A DNA stretch of 63,845 nucleotides, counting the filler, from Octopus bimaculoides (Eukaryota), in the NCBI RefSeq assembly GCF_001194135.2. It is 9 parts of 9 records of this genome, joined end to end, with 100 filler letters (N's around TTAATTAATTAA, not from the genome) between each part and the next. Parts side by side here need not be neighbours in the genome. Positions count along the whole stretch, not along the records: positions 1 to 6,920 come from NC_068999.1; positions 7,021 to 16,529 come from NC_068997.1; 7 more parts are not named here. One strand, 5' to 3'. Shown here piece by piece: positions 1 through 12,719 of the stretch. The position numbers were made by a program, and so were the translations under genes. Position 1 is the first letter of the stretch; each line of letters starts with the position of its first letter. A model generated the notes under the pieces. That model was not told the origin of the DNA and did no database searches. It saw only the letters and a program-made list of their open reading frames with translations.

Positions 1-46
1 TATATATATATATATGTAGATATGTGAAGGCAAATGACCTAGGGGT

Positions 47-300
47 CATGTGCTTAGGGTGTCATGCTCTCAATCATAAGGCCATGGGTTCTATTCCTGG
101 CACATCACTTTGCGTTACTCCAGTGAACTTGCCTGCAAATGTATACCAGCCAACTGATGGTGTATCCTACTTCCATTTGTCATATCTTTGATGTTCTTCT
201 GAGTTAAGGGTGGAATGAGAGTGTATCTATGCTTGCTAACAGCTACTTAGGCACTTGACAAAAGTAATGTACAAGCCACAATGTGATAATTGTTTGCAAA
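47..300 (+). mobile_element. Degenerate tRNA-derived SINE
   Basis: Box-A/B-like head (..cttagggtgtcatgctctcaatcataaggccatgggttctattcctgg) resembling the heads at 33025-33228 and 48715-48790; heavily decayed. Confidence 0.4.
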
Positions 301-343
301 AGATGGCTTGAGCTATGCACACATACACATGTATATGTATGTG

Positions 344-398
<55 letters not shown>

Positions 399-400
<2 letters not shown>

Positions 401-545
401 TCATCATCATCGTTTAACGTCCGCTTTCCATGCTAGCATGGGTTGGACGATTTGACTGAGGACTGGTGAAACCGGATGGCAACACCAGGCTCCAGTCTGA
501 TTTGGCAGAGTTTCTACAGCTGGATGCCCTTCCTAACGCCAACCA
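399..545 (-). mobile_element. Retroposon family A, 3' end with (GAT)n tail, 5'-truncated
   Basis: Essentially identical to 21048-21206 and to the reverse complement of 37727-37873; ends in GGACGTTAAAC(GAT)n. Confidence 0.9.
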
Positions 546-632
546 CATATTTATATTTATATATATACATATATATACACATATATACATATATATATAC
601 ATACATAAATATGTATATATCTATGTATGTAT

Positions 633-678
<46 letters not shown>

Positions 679-785
679 GTGTATATATATATGTATGTAT
701 GTTTATATATATATACATATATACATATATATATGTGTATATATGTATGTATGTGTATATATATATGTATGTGTATATATATATG

Positions 786-859
<74 letters not shown>

Positions 860-895
860 GTGTGTATGTATATATGTGTGTGTGTGTGTGTGTGT
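546..895. repeat. Compound (AT)n/(ATGT)n/(GT)n microsatellite
   Basis: Direct inspection; source of the poly-YI ORFs in the track. Confidence 0.95.
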
Positions 896-1053
896 ATAAG
901 CAAAATAGCTAGTTATAAAATCTCAAGAAGAGATAGAGTAGTAAGATATACTAAACAGTAAAGCTAGTAGCCACATCAAAGTTGCAGATGAATGTTATCC
1001 TGCCTGGGGTTAAACTAGTAGTAACATTCATCTGGCACTTTACTATTTTATAG

Positions 1054-1085
<32 letters not shown>

Positions 1086-1222
1086 GAATATATATATGTG
1101 AATGTATGTATGTATAGATATATTAATGTATGTATTTATACATGTATGTGTGTATACACACATGCATTCAAACATTCATACAAACATATGTGTTTGCATA
1201 TATGTATGTATTTGTATGTGTG

Positions 1223-1457
1223 TTATTTCTTTACTACCCACAAGGGGCTACACACAGAGGGGACATACAAGGACAGACAAACGAATTAAGTCGATTATAC
1301 CGACCCCAGTGCATAATTGGTACTTATTTAATCGACCCCGAAAGGATGAAAGGCAAAGTCGGCCTCGGCAGAATTTGAACTCAGAACGTAGCGGCAGACG
1401 AAATACCGCTAAGCATTTCGCTGGGCGTGCTAACGTTTCTGCCAGCTCGCCGCCTTA
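1223..1457 (-). mobile_element. SINE family C (tRNA-like head plus Deu/Nin-like central domain), near full length
   Basis: Minus strand reads AAGGCGGCGAGCTGGCAGAA...GAGTTCAAATTC (box A/B), then GCCTTTCATCCTTTCGGGGTCGATTAAATAAGTACCA; more than 12 copies in the window. Confidence 0.9.
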
Positions 1458-2447
1458 TGTGTATAAACACACACACGCACGCATGCACACACACACACAC
1501 ACAAAGGTCTGTGCATGTGTGTCTGTATAATTACGTATATATCTTTGGGAGTACGGTGAGAAAGAGAGAGGGCAAGGAGTTGAGATGGAGCCTATTTTCG
1601 TTTTGATGTATGTACTGACTGTTCTGACTGCATACATCAGCAAAATATTTTACCAAATCTTCCTGCACACAGCTTCCTTCTACTCATTGACTCTTTACAA
1701 GTGAGAACTTCCCATCTTCCAATTTAAACTATAGATAGGGAATAAAACATGTTCCTCTGACTAATAAATGCTGATTCCAGTGACAAACATGAAAGAGACA
1801 ACTAACCAAATGTTATCTGTTCTAGCTGTATATATCACATACAGAAACTATAACTGTCTCGGTTATAACAGTGTGTGCATATTATTGTCATTTGACATCC
1901 ACTTTTCCAAACTTGCATAATTCAGATGGAATTTGTTGAAGAAAATCTTTTATGGCCAGATTGCCCTTCCTGTCATCAAATATGTTTTATGCATGCATAC
2001 ATCTCCACACATATGTGAGCATGTGTGTACATTGATATATATATATATATATATATATAAATACTATATGTTTGTATAAAAATTAGACACAAAGGGAAAA
2101 GCCACTAAGTGGTTTTCCAACACGCTAGAAATAGGAGTTAACTCCCAAACCACGAAAACACTAATTCTTATTTTAGCACCAGAGAAAGCACATAAACGTG
2201 AAACTAGACGGAAAAAATAGTAATCGAATACCAGAGGTAGAGTTATATGCTTTATTAATAAAGCTGCAAAGACATCACAAAAACTGATTTTGTGATGTCT
2301 TTGCAGCTCTATTAATAAAGTATATATATAAATATACATATATACACACACACACGTGTGTGTTTGTGTATGTATATATGTATGTATGTATGTCAAAGCA
2401 TTCAACTCAGGTTCCTGCCTGGCCAACTCCTGTCAAACCATCCAACC

Positions 2448-2486
<39 letters not shown>

Positions 2487-2863
2487 TGAGAGTGAGAGTG
2501 TGAGAGGTGGGGGAGATGCACACACACACACAATTTATGCTCTTTTATTATTTAATTAGTTTTGTGAGATTATCCACAAAGATTTTTAGTCAATAATTTT
2601 TGCCTGATTACTGTATCTGCTACTAATTTTCAAATGGCTAAGTTCATCAGATTTTAGTCCATATAGAGAGTTACTTCCCCTCCACTTTGCTTTCTATTTT
2701 CTTTTTACCAGTTGAAACATGACCACCAGTGGTTGTACTAGGTTGCCTAATTATTGTCCAAAGGAAATCCACTCTTAACATGCATAGAGTGACAAACCCT
2801 TGAAGGATTCCATCAAGAGTTTAAGACTCATTGCTTACCCTCATGTGGTTTATCTGTCCTCAT

Positions 2864-3052
2864 GAACTCGTCCATGAAAATCCAGTCACATATAGAAAAA
2901 TTTAATAAGTAAATACACTAAAAAGAACTATAATAAAATACAAAGTAATAATCATTAAAATAATATATATATACTTTGTATTTTATTATAGTTCTGAGTA
3001 TTTACTTATTAAATTTTTCTATATGTAACTGTGGATTTTCATGGATGAGTTC
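2864..3052. repeat. Long inverted repeat / foldback element (about 80-bp arms, 24-bp spacer)
   Basis: 2864-2947 is the near-perfect reverse complement of 2972-3052. Confidence 0.9.
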
Positions 3053-3082
3053 GGGAACTTTGGTTCTTTTCTCTGAATTATA

Positions 3083-3426
3083 TACTTTACTCTTTTAGTC
3101 TTTTACTTGTTTCCGTCATTTGACTGCGGCCATGCTGGAGCACCGCCTTTAGTCAAGCAAATCGACCCAAGGACTTATTCTTTGTAAGCCTAGTACTTAC
3201 TCTATCTGTCTCTTTTTGCCGAACTGCTAAGTTACAGGGACGTAAACACACCAGCGTCGGTTGTCAAGCGATGGTGGGGGAACAAACACAGACACACAAA
3301 CACACATACATATATATATATATACATATATACGAAAGGCTTCTTTCAGTTTCCATCTACCAAATCCACTCACAAGGCTTTGGTCGGCCCAAGGCTATAG
3401 TAGAAGACACTTGCCCAAGGTGCCAT
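3083..3426 (-). mobile_element. SINE family B (tRNA-derived, CORE-like), head lost in the gap
   Basis: Minus strand contains ACCTTGGGCAAGTGTCTT (resembling the CORE motif ACCTTGGGCAAGTCACTT) and an internal microsatellite; more than 10 copies in the window. Confidence 0.9.
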
Positions 3427-3766
3427 NNNNNNNNNNNNNNNNNNNNNNNNNNNNNNNNNNNNNNNNNNNNNNNNNNNNNNNNNNNNNNNNNNNNNNNNNN
3501 NNNNNNNNNNNNNNNNNNNNNNNNNNNNNNNNNNNNNNNNNNNNNNNNNNNNNNNNNNNNNNNNNNNNNNNNNNNNNNNNNNNNNNNNNNNNNNNNNNNN
3601 NNNNNNNNNNNNNNNNNNNNNNNNNNNNNNNNNNNNNNNNNNNNNNNNNNNNNNNNNNNNNNNNNNNNNNNNNNNNNNNNNNNNNNNNNNNNNNNNNNNN
3701 NNNNNNNNNNNNNNNNNNNNNNNNNNNNNNNNNNNNNNNNNNNNNNNNNNNNNNNNNNNNNNNNNN

Positions 3767-3849
<83 letters not shown>

Positions 3850-4054
3850 TACATACATATATACATACATACATATAATATATATATAATACAATATATA
3901 CAATTCTTTATTTATCAGCTTATGTATAACAGACACACACACATGCTCACACACACACACACACACGCACACAAACACATGCACACAAACGTACATTCAC
4001 ACAGATTTATTTCAAGATTCACTAGCAACTGACAGCAGCATGTTTCATCTGTAT

Positions 4055-4131
4055 ATCAGCAGAACTATCTCTCCAGACTTTTCAGAGTATAAACAGTTTA
4101 TACTCTAAAGAGTGGAGATAGTTCTGCTGAT
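4055..4131. repeat. 77-nt near-palindromic hairpin
   Basis: ATCAGCAGAACTATCT pairs perfectly with AGATAGTTCTGCTGAT (16 bp); inner stem AGAGTATAAAC/GTTTATACTCT (11 bp). Confidence 0.9.
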
Positions 4132-5766
4132 CTTCAACTGAAATATTTTGCAAGTATTCGGTGACTCTTCAGTTAAATCTACCAGACTCTGCTGCTGAAT
4201 ACACTGTGTCCTTTTTTTTTATGATTTAGTTGTCAGTGATTACCGCAAACAACACTTCAGTTCACATATCTGGCATTACTGTAAACTTACCCTTTAGATC
4301 TTGTATGCTTTTTACTTCTTCTCTTATCCATCTTTTACCATTCCCTACAACTTCTCTTTTTCTCTTTAGCTGACTATACTTTGTTATGCTTTAGACATGT
4401 CTCTACTTGGAAGTTATCAAATCATAAATTTTCCAACTCTATTTTGACCTTGTGATACAATTCAAACTTAATTATCAACTTATCAATTTGAAAATGTATT
4501 CATCATCAATAGGGAGGGAGTATCTATACCTCTAAGTCACTGGCAGTCTTGTGCACTCAACACTGTCTGCACTGCATTCTTATTTTGCCACCCAATTTTT
4601 GGAATGTTGTAAAGATCAATGCCATACACTGTTTTGGGCGGCACAATAATAATGAAATTAAAATGTCAGTTTACTGACCTACTAAGTTCAAACTGTTTAC
4701 TATTACAGGCATTGGAATATGCTAGTGTGTAACATAATTCTTTCCATTTTAATTTTAGTGGATGGGATAAAAAAAAAGGCATACAGTTAGAAGATTCTTG
4801 ATCCAAAAGTACACAAATGTTGAAATTTTCAGAAGTCATTCTATCTTTACTAATATGATACATGACGCTTTAGTCAAAAATATCAAGATTTAAATAAGAT
4901 TTAAAAGCAATTCTAGTAGGTTTGCTGAAAATACTTGAAATAGTGTGAGCTCAATAAATATAATCAAGCATGGCTAAAATGACTGAAAATAAAATCCAGC
5001 TTGAAACATTGAAATAATATATCATATATATTTTACATTTCACGGCACAATTATGTTTCTGGTAGTTAGACATTTATAGAATGGATATATGATGCCCTCC
5101 TCAGTCATGTAGCAATGAGATTCATATGAGGAATTTATGGCTTTATACCCAATGGTATCAAAAGTAATGATTGTCAGACTACAAGTGAAACATCAAGAAC
5201 ACAAAAACACTTGATATGCTTTGTAAAAACTTCTGCATTTGAATCATCGAAGTTATTAATATGAAAAATGGAATTGGTGCTGGTGATGGCAGCAGCGGTG
5301 GTAGGAGGGGAGGAGGGGAGGAGGAGGAGGAATGGATTTTGATGTAGATCATCAAGTACATGACTTTCTTAATTGATACAAAAACAAATTTAGAGTTGAT
5401 TGATTTGGCTTCAGTACATGTATGTGACAGGATGAAAGATGAGATTAGCCCAGGCAAGCTTTTAAGCACAGCAAAAACTAAATGTTGTAAGAGATTTATT
5501 CTGGCAATCATCACTGGCATTTAGTTACCTTTACTGCAGCCCACTCTACTACAAGCATTCAAGTCAGATCTCCAGTTTGAAGACACTTAATTCCATGAGG
5601 CTGGAAAGCTTGTTAGTAGGTTGTGAGAACTTCCTTTATTCCTCTGACAACCAATAAAAAAAACTAAAACGTTTGTCCTTTTCATTCAAAAGAATAAAAG
5701 TAATATTTTCTGTATTAATATATTAATATTTACTATACATACATATATATATATATATTATTGATT

Positions 5767-5890
5767 TGTGGATTTACTAGGCAACCAATGGTTTCATGTT
5801 GAAGAGATCTCAACAATTATTCAAGTGAACCGCTTCGGAATGTTGGTACGGGACTCCACATGAAACCATTGGTTGCCTTGTTAATCCACA
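5767..5890. mobile_element. MITE with 33-bp terminal inverted repeats
   Basis: TGTGGATTTACTAGGCAACCAATGGTTTCATGT ... ACATGAAACCATTGGTTGCCTTGTTAATCCACA (2 mismatches), in AT-rich flanks. Confidence 0.75.
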
Positions 5891-6089
5891 TATAAAGATC
5901 ATTTATGCAACGTTGAATATTCGTTCTCACTGTTTGATACTAGCATGTGTGTATATATGATTTAGTAAAAATTATTTTAATTGAAGTGTACACTATTTCA
6001 AGGTCTATAACTCTCTAATATGAATAGGTTACAAGTTATGTTTCTTAGTTTTAAGCAGATACACTAATTCAAGTTGGGTTGATTAACAG

Positions 6090-6140
<51 letters not shown>

Positions 6141-6865
6141 TTACTGTCAATCGAATGATACTAACCTGAACAGCAATACAAATTTTCATGCAATATACAT
6201 ACAATTAACTCCTTTTTCTTATGTCATATCAGCAATGAAAATTGTAAAATTTTCCCATTCATCTGTTTTATATCTTATAGCTACAAAAATCTGTTTTCAA
6301 GGAAACAATTTAATAATATTTCAATTCATGCATTGAAGCAAGATGAAATTTGAGAAACATTTTACATCAAACTAACCAAAAAATTTTTTAAAAACCTTAA
6401 ACATAGAGTAGTGTTTATAACTGCTTCAAATAGATCCATATATATAATATTTGAGGGGAAAATGTCTAAATTGAAAGTACCACAAAAGAAATGTCTATAA
6501 AATAGGAAAAAGCCCATATTCTTTAAATGCATATTTTACATTTGCATATACATACATAAGCATATACACAATATCACACACACATGCATATACATATGCA
6601 CACACATATACATATATGCATATATGTACACACACATACTTATATGTGCTGTTTATATTAACTTTTTATGTATACATATTAGCGAATAGCTAAATCATCC
6701 AATAATCTAGATGGCAAAAGCATATATATACTAATAGAGAAGCTAATCCGAAAAATGCCGATAAATGCTGATAAGGCAATGGAAATTGCCAAAACTGGTG
6801 TCAGTTATATATGTATATATATGTATGTATGTATATATATATATATGTATATATATATATGTATG

Positions 6866-6920
<55 letters not shown>

Positions 6921-7020
6921 NNNNNNNNNNNNNNNNNNNNNNNNNNNNNNNNNNNNNNNNNNNNTTAATTAATTAANNNNNNNNNNNNNNNNNNNNNNNN
7001 NNNNNNNNNNNNNNNNNNNN
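6921..7020. other. Artificial scaffold-joining spacer (44 N + TTAATTAATTAA + 44 N)
   Basis: Exactly 100 bp. TTAATTAATTAA places stop codons in all six frames. An identical construct occurs 8 times in the window. Confidence 0.97.
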
Positions 7021-8874
7021 TGTGTGTGTGTGTATGCGGAATCAGATGCACATGACTCTAGGACATGTGCGGCTCAATTGGACAGCTTTTCGTTGGACAT
7101 ACGCTATGCTAAGCTTTGTGGTGTGCAGATCGGTAAGCAAGGTCAGATGTATATGATATGCAGAGGATATTAGCGCTATGTTATTATGACAAATTATATG
7201 GAAGTGAAAATGTATAAAGTGTTCATCATTGTAGGATAATAACGAACACACTGGAATCTATTATTCAGTCGAGAAATCAAGGAACAAAGGTTAGACTCTA
7301 ATATGATATGAGCTAAATTAATACAATATAAATATAGCAGTGTCTAAGTACAATGCGCTTACGATTGTGTTATAATAACGTCCACCTAACGTTGTATCAT
7401 TAATGTACTCGAGGGAAATGCATTATCTCAACTTATACCGAACACTAATTTTTAAATTCGATCCTGTATGTCTATATGAGACACAGCAATGGTTCTGTTT
7501 CTTTTTATAACCACTAAGTACTAACGTTAATGAGAGTTATACTTATGCTACGTGCTAAGAACATGTGGATGGTTTTGAAAAATAATATAGAAGTGACAAA
7601 GCTATCTGAAGGACGTACATTTAACAGCAGGGATGTAAAAGTGGAGAATGTGTTTAGGTAAATTAGATGAGTTTAGTTGCATTAAGAAGAGTGAAATTAA
7701 TTAAACCTGAAACATTAAACTACACACACGCGTGTGTGTGTGTGTGTTGCTTGGAATATGTTAATGAAAACTTGAATTATGAATACGATATATGGGATAG
7801 GATATAATGTATATAAAATGAACGAGAATGTTACAGAGAGAGAGAGAGGAATCATCTAATATGAAAACCGAATTCAATGCCAGAAATATAATTATAGGTA
7901 TAAATACACTTGCCATCTTAGTAATAAACTACAGCTTGAGAATCATAAACTGAAAGATAAACAGGAGCGAAGAGCCTAGATTTAGAAAACCAGAAATCTA
8001 CTAGCTTATTCTGAACACACCACTTTGAAAGATGATATAGATTGATATAGACTGCACTTATCTAATACACACAAACCGAAGAAGGGTTTTTGATATAAAT
8101 AGAAATCTATTACAAAGTATCCACAGTTGGTCTAGGAATATACTTGGAAGCAAGCAAAGATAGAATAATTAGTATAATAAAGCGACATGAAAAGAGGAAC
8201 ATTTTTTCCCTGTGTATATATAAAGAAAAGTTTAAGTACACACTACAAGCTAATTACATTGAGAAATAGGTTTCGATAAGAATAAACAACAAAAACGTTA
8301 AAAATAAGCAACAAAATATTACATCAAAGAAACTTAAAGAGATACCGAAGAAAAATGAAAGAAAAACCTCTCCATTCTCTGTATCTTACAAGACCGCACG
8401 GCAAGGAAATGAGTCAATATGAAAGCTAACAATGGTTCGAAATCATTTGACTAAAGACATGACTACAACATCTGTTTTAGCTGTAGAAGATCAATGCCTA
8501 AACATAATTATCAAAAAAATATTTTTAAAAATGTTAAAATAAGTAAGCTAACATCAACATGCAATCAACATAAAATAACTATCTTTGATATGATTTTCTG
8601 CTGTCTAGTTCTTGCAAAAATCAGCATCTATCCACAAAGCTGGGAAGTTAATTGTATAGTTGAGCAATATATGAATTGTTCCCCACAATTTGAATGATAA
8701 TTCAGAAAGTACAGCCGCCTTCGCCACTCTCCACGTTAGTGATGTTTATTCAACAGAAAAAAAAAAAAACGTCTTTGGGGCGACACAGCTTGGCAATGGT
8801 GTTATCAATGCATATCAAGGCTGCTCAGTCAGATTGAAGTTTCGGAAATAATACTGAAATGATTTGCATCCTAC

Positions 8875-9070
8875 TTCTTTTTCCCTTTTACTTGTTTCAG
8901 TCATTAGTCTGCTGCCATGCTGAGCCATCACTCAGAAGAATCTTTAGTCGAATGTATCAACCCCAGTACTTATTATATCGGTCTCTTTTGCAGAAAAGCC
9001 CCATTACAAGGACGTAAACACTGCAGTACTAGCTGTCAAGAAGTGGTGGTGTAACAAAGCACACACATAC
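8875..9070 (-). mobile_element. SINE family B, diverged 3' part
   Basis: cttgtttcagtcatt..gccatgctg..ggacgtaaacac..gtcaag matches the other family B copies. Confidence 0.8.
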
Positions 9071-9081
9071 ACACACACAAA

Positions 9082-9129
<48 letters not shown>

Positions 9130-9227
9130 AACAAACACACATACACACACACACATTTGTTCATTTTCTTATTTTAAAGCTTATTTAAACACTTATGTTT
9201 CAAGCTCAATCTTCCTTAGAACTATTT

Positions 9228-9353
9228 CAAGGGTACGCGCGTCTGTGAAGCGCTCAGCCAGTTGCACGCTAATTTCACGAGCAGGCTGTGCCGTTGATCG
9301 GATCAACTGGTGCCCTCACCGTCGTAATCGACGGAGCGCCAGTTTTATTATTA

Positions 9354-9400
<47 letters not shown>

Positions 9401-9410
9401 TATTATTATT
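9228..9410 (+). mobile_element. SINE family D, 3' end plus (ATT)n tail
   Basis: Matches 45680-45795 (gctcagcca..tgcacg.taatttcac.agcaggctgt.ccgttgatc.gatcaactgg). Confidence 0.8.
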
Positions 9411-9789
9411 ATTTACGTTCCCTGATGTTAGGCTGATATTACTTCTACTGTTCTGAGTTCGTTAGTAGTTCTAATATTTTGTGGAATTTTTTTTTTAATT
9501 CTTCGGTCAAGGTATTAGGTTGTTGTCATGAGCTTTTTCCCGACCTTCCAGGTTAGTAGGGTGAACCGAAGATATACTGAAATAAGGGACTTAGCAAAAT
9601 TAATTGCAACAAATATCTGAAGAATGTGAACAAATATCAAATACAATCCGGTACGCTATTCTTGCATTTTCCTCCAATTGATCCCCCGGGATTTGAGCGA
9701 TTTCTCGACGACGAATAGATTGAACGTGAGCTAAAGCCAATACGTCGAGATTCATAATGCATATCCCACGAAACCAAGATTTATCTTTT

Positions 9790-10049
9790 CTGTTTTTCTT
9801 TTAGTCATTTCTTTTAGTCATTTGACAGCGGCCATGCTGGGGCAACATTTTCTTTTTTCACTAAGTCGAACAAATCGACCTTAGAACTTATTCTATCGGT
9901 TTACTTAGCTGAACCGTGAGCTAACGGAGAAGTAAACGCACCAACACCAGCTGTCAAGCGGTGCTGGAGAACAAACGCAGACTCAAAGACACACACACAC
10001 AGATACACACACACGCACACACACACACACACACCACACACACACACTG

Positions 10050-10080
<31 letters not shown>

Positions 10081-10247
10081 CGACGGGCTTCTTTCAGTTT
10101 CCGTCTATCAAATCCATTCACAAGGATTTAGTCGGACCAAGGATTTAGTCAGACCAAGGCTATAGTAGAAGACACCTTCCCAAGGTATCACGCAGTGGGA
10201 CTGAACGTAGAACCACGTGGTTGAAAAGCAAGCTTCGTACCATACAT
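9790..10247 (-). mobile_element. SINE family B, near full length, with internal (CA)n expansion
   Basis: Collinear with the 3083, 17528 and 40080 copies, including the head end. Confidence 0.88.
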
Positions 10248-10479
10248 CTACAGCGACAAATATTTTTCTTTTCTAAAGGGGAGACAGCTTTGATAAATGT
10301 CTTTACTTTCAGCACTATACTTTCCTCTTGTTGCATTCTCAGTTCTTTCTTCAACTGAGGACGTTCTTGGATATAAGACTCCTGAGTTCATCACAAACAA
10401 TTTTCCTAATTTGATCATAATACCAACAATTCTGAAAGAAATGGGTAAATCTATTACATCGATGCCAGTGCTTAGCTGG

Positions 10480-10600
10480 AGTCTTTGTCGATTCCGCAAG
10501 GATGAATCGCAAACTCGACCACAGCGGATTTTGAACTCAAAACAGTATGAATTGGAAGAAATAATATAAAGTATCTTTCCAACGCGGTACCGATTTCTGG
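10480..10600 (-). mobile_element. SINE family C, degenerate fragment
   Basis: aaggatgaatcgcaaactcgaccacagcggattttgaactca resembles aaggatgaaaggcaaagtcgacctcggcggaatttgaactca. Confidence 0.6.
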
Positions 10601-11584
10601 CCGGTTATCACCTTAGTTACTCTCAGTATTTAACATTTTCAATTCATCATTTATTCTCGGCTTCAATTATTTATCTAATTATTTCTTTACTTATCTCATT
10701 CCATTCCAATGCTTAGCAGTAAAATCTGCATACGATGCGCCCAGTTAATTAATTCCAGCTGAAAAATATAATAAAATAAAATACTTAGATATGTATGACA
10801 GAGAAATAAGTAGACATTGTGCATGAAATCATATACTGCAAATGAATATACGACATACGAAACATATACGATGGCAAAGGTTTTTCACAAATTCATACGG
10901 ACACACGAAAGAGTATTGGGTCTCTCAGATACAATCTTACAGTGACACACACACACACACACACACTTGTATTCACACATATATACTCACAAAAGCACGA
11001 AATGTCTGTGTTTGTATGCATCTGTACCAATAAATCAATGTAAGTTCTTAATCAATACCGTGTTCATTTAGTTCAGTTTTATTTACGTATTTCAACATAT
11101 ATGGAAACTATGCCTCACAAAGACACGCCAGCAGACACGCACACACACACACATGAACAAATAAATAAATAAAAACAAATACAAACGAACACGTATTAAC
11201 AGAGTATATAGNNNNNNNNNNNNNNNNNNNNNNNNNNNNNNNNNNNNNNNNNNNNNNNNNNNNNNNNNNNNNNNNNNNNNNNNNNNNNNNNNNNNNNNNN
11301 NNNNNNNNNNNNNNNNNNNNNNNNNNNNNNNNNNNNNNNNNNNNNNNNNNNNNNNNNNNNNNNNNNNNNNNNNNNNNNNNNNNNNNNNNNNNNNNNNNNN
11401 NNNNNNNNNNNNNNNNNNNNNNNNNNNNNNNNNNNNNNNNNNNNNNNNNNNNNNNNNNNNNNNNNNNNNNNNNNNNNNNNNNNNNNNNNNNNNNNNNNNN
11501 NNNNNNNNNNNNNNNNNNNNNNNNNNNNNNNNNNNNNNATATATATCCGTATAAAGATAGATGGATAGGTAAACAGCTAGATAG

Positions 11585-11625
<41 letters not shown>

Positions 11626-12482
11626 TAGATTGATAGATATATATATAGGGAGTGAGAGAAAGAGAGAGAGGAGAGTGTCAGAGAGAGACACATAAGAATA
11701 AGATAGAGAGAAAAAATGTAGTAAAAAGGAAGAGAGAGGAGAGAAAAGTGGATGAGGAAAACGGAGAATGAGAGGAAGGCAACAGAAAGGGATATTTAAA
11801 ACGCAAAAATGAATATGAAAATATAAAGACAAAAAAATGAGTTTGCTCAACATTGTAGTATTCAGAATTCCGTTTTTAAAGCAATTAACGAAACCTGATA
11901 CATACCTGCCAGAAGTATTCGGGCCTAGAGTGGCTTTCACGATCGATTCTTCAGATATCTTACTATAAATTGATCGCCGGCAATCGACAAAGAGAAAAGT
12001 AAGGAGGTTTTTCAAGCTGATAAAGTATTAGGCGATTAACGAGACATCAGCCGAGATAGGGCAGAGGAAATATAGTTCGCTATGACAAAACAATAATGGA
12101 AGGCAGCGATATATATGTATATACATGTATATGTGTACCTATCTATTTATCTATATATATATGTGTGTATTCAATTCATACATACATACATACATACGTA
12201 CATACATGCACATAGAGCCGATAGATAAATTCATTGATAGGCAGACTTACAAATAGAAGCATACACACAAACACACACCTCACATACACATACATTTAGA
12301 TGAGATAAATAAATTGATAAACAGATAGACAAATATAAATATATGAGTAGAAAGAGAGACGCAGAATGGTGTCTACATGCGCACACACATACGCACATAT
12401 ACATACAAAAGCACACAAACGTACATATGCATATATGAATGTATTTATTCTATGAAAGTATTCATGGATGTATGTATACATA

Positions 12483-12577
<95 letters not shown>

Positions 12578-12686
12578 ATGTATATATATGTATATATAAA
12601 TATATATATATATGTNNNNNNNNNNNNNNNNNNNNNNNNNNNNNNNNNNNNNNNNNNNNNNNNNNNNNNNNNNNNNNNNNNNNNNN

Positions 12687-12719
<33 letters not shown>

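Noticed and set aside
5179-5520. 113-aa minus-strand ORF with an SSSSSPPP tract
   Set aside because: The low-complexity part comes from a (GAG/GGA)n run; there are no domain motifs or consistent splice sites.
6738-6799. Possible exon KLIRKMPINADKAMEIAKTG
   Set aside because: There is no polypyrimidine tract at the acceptor and no partner exon; the peptide is unrecognised.
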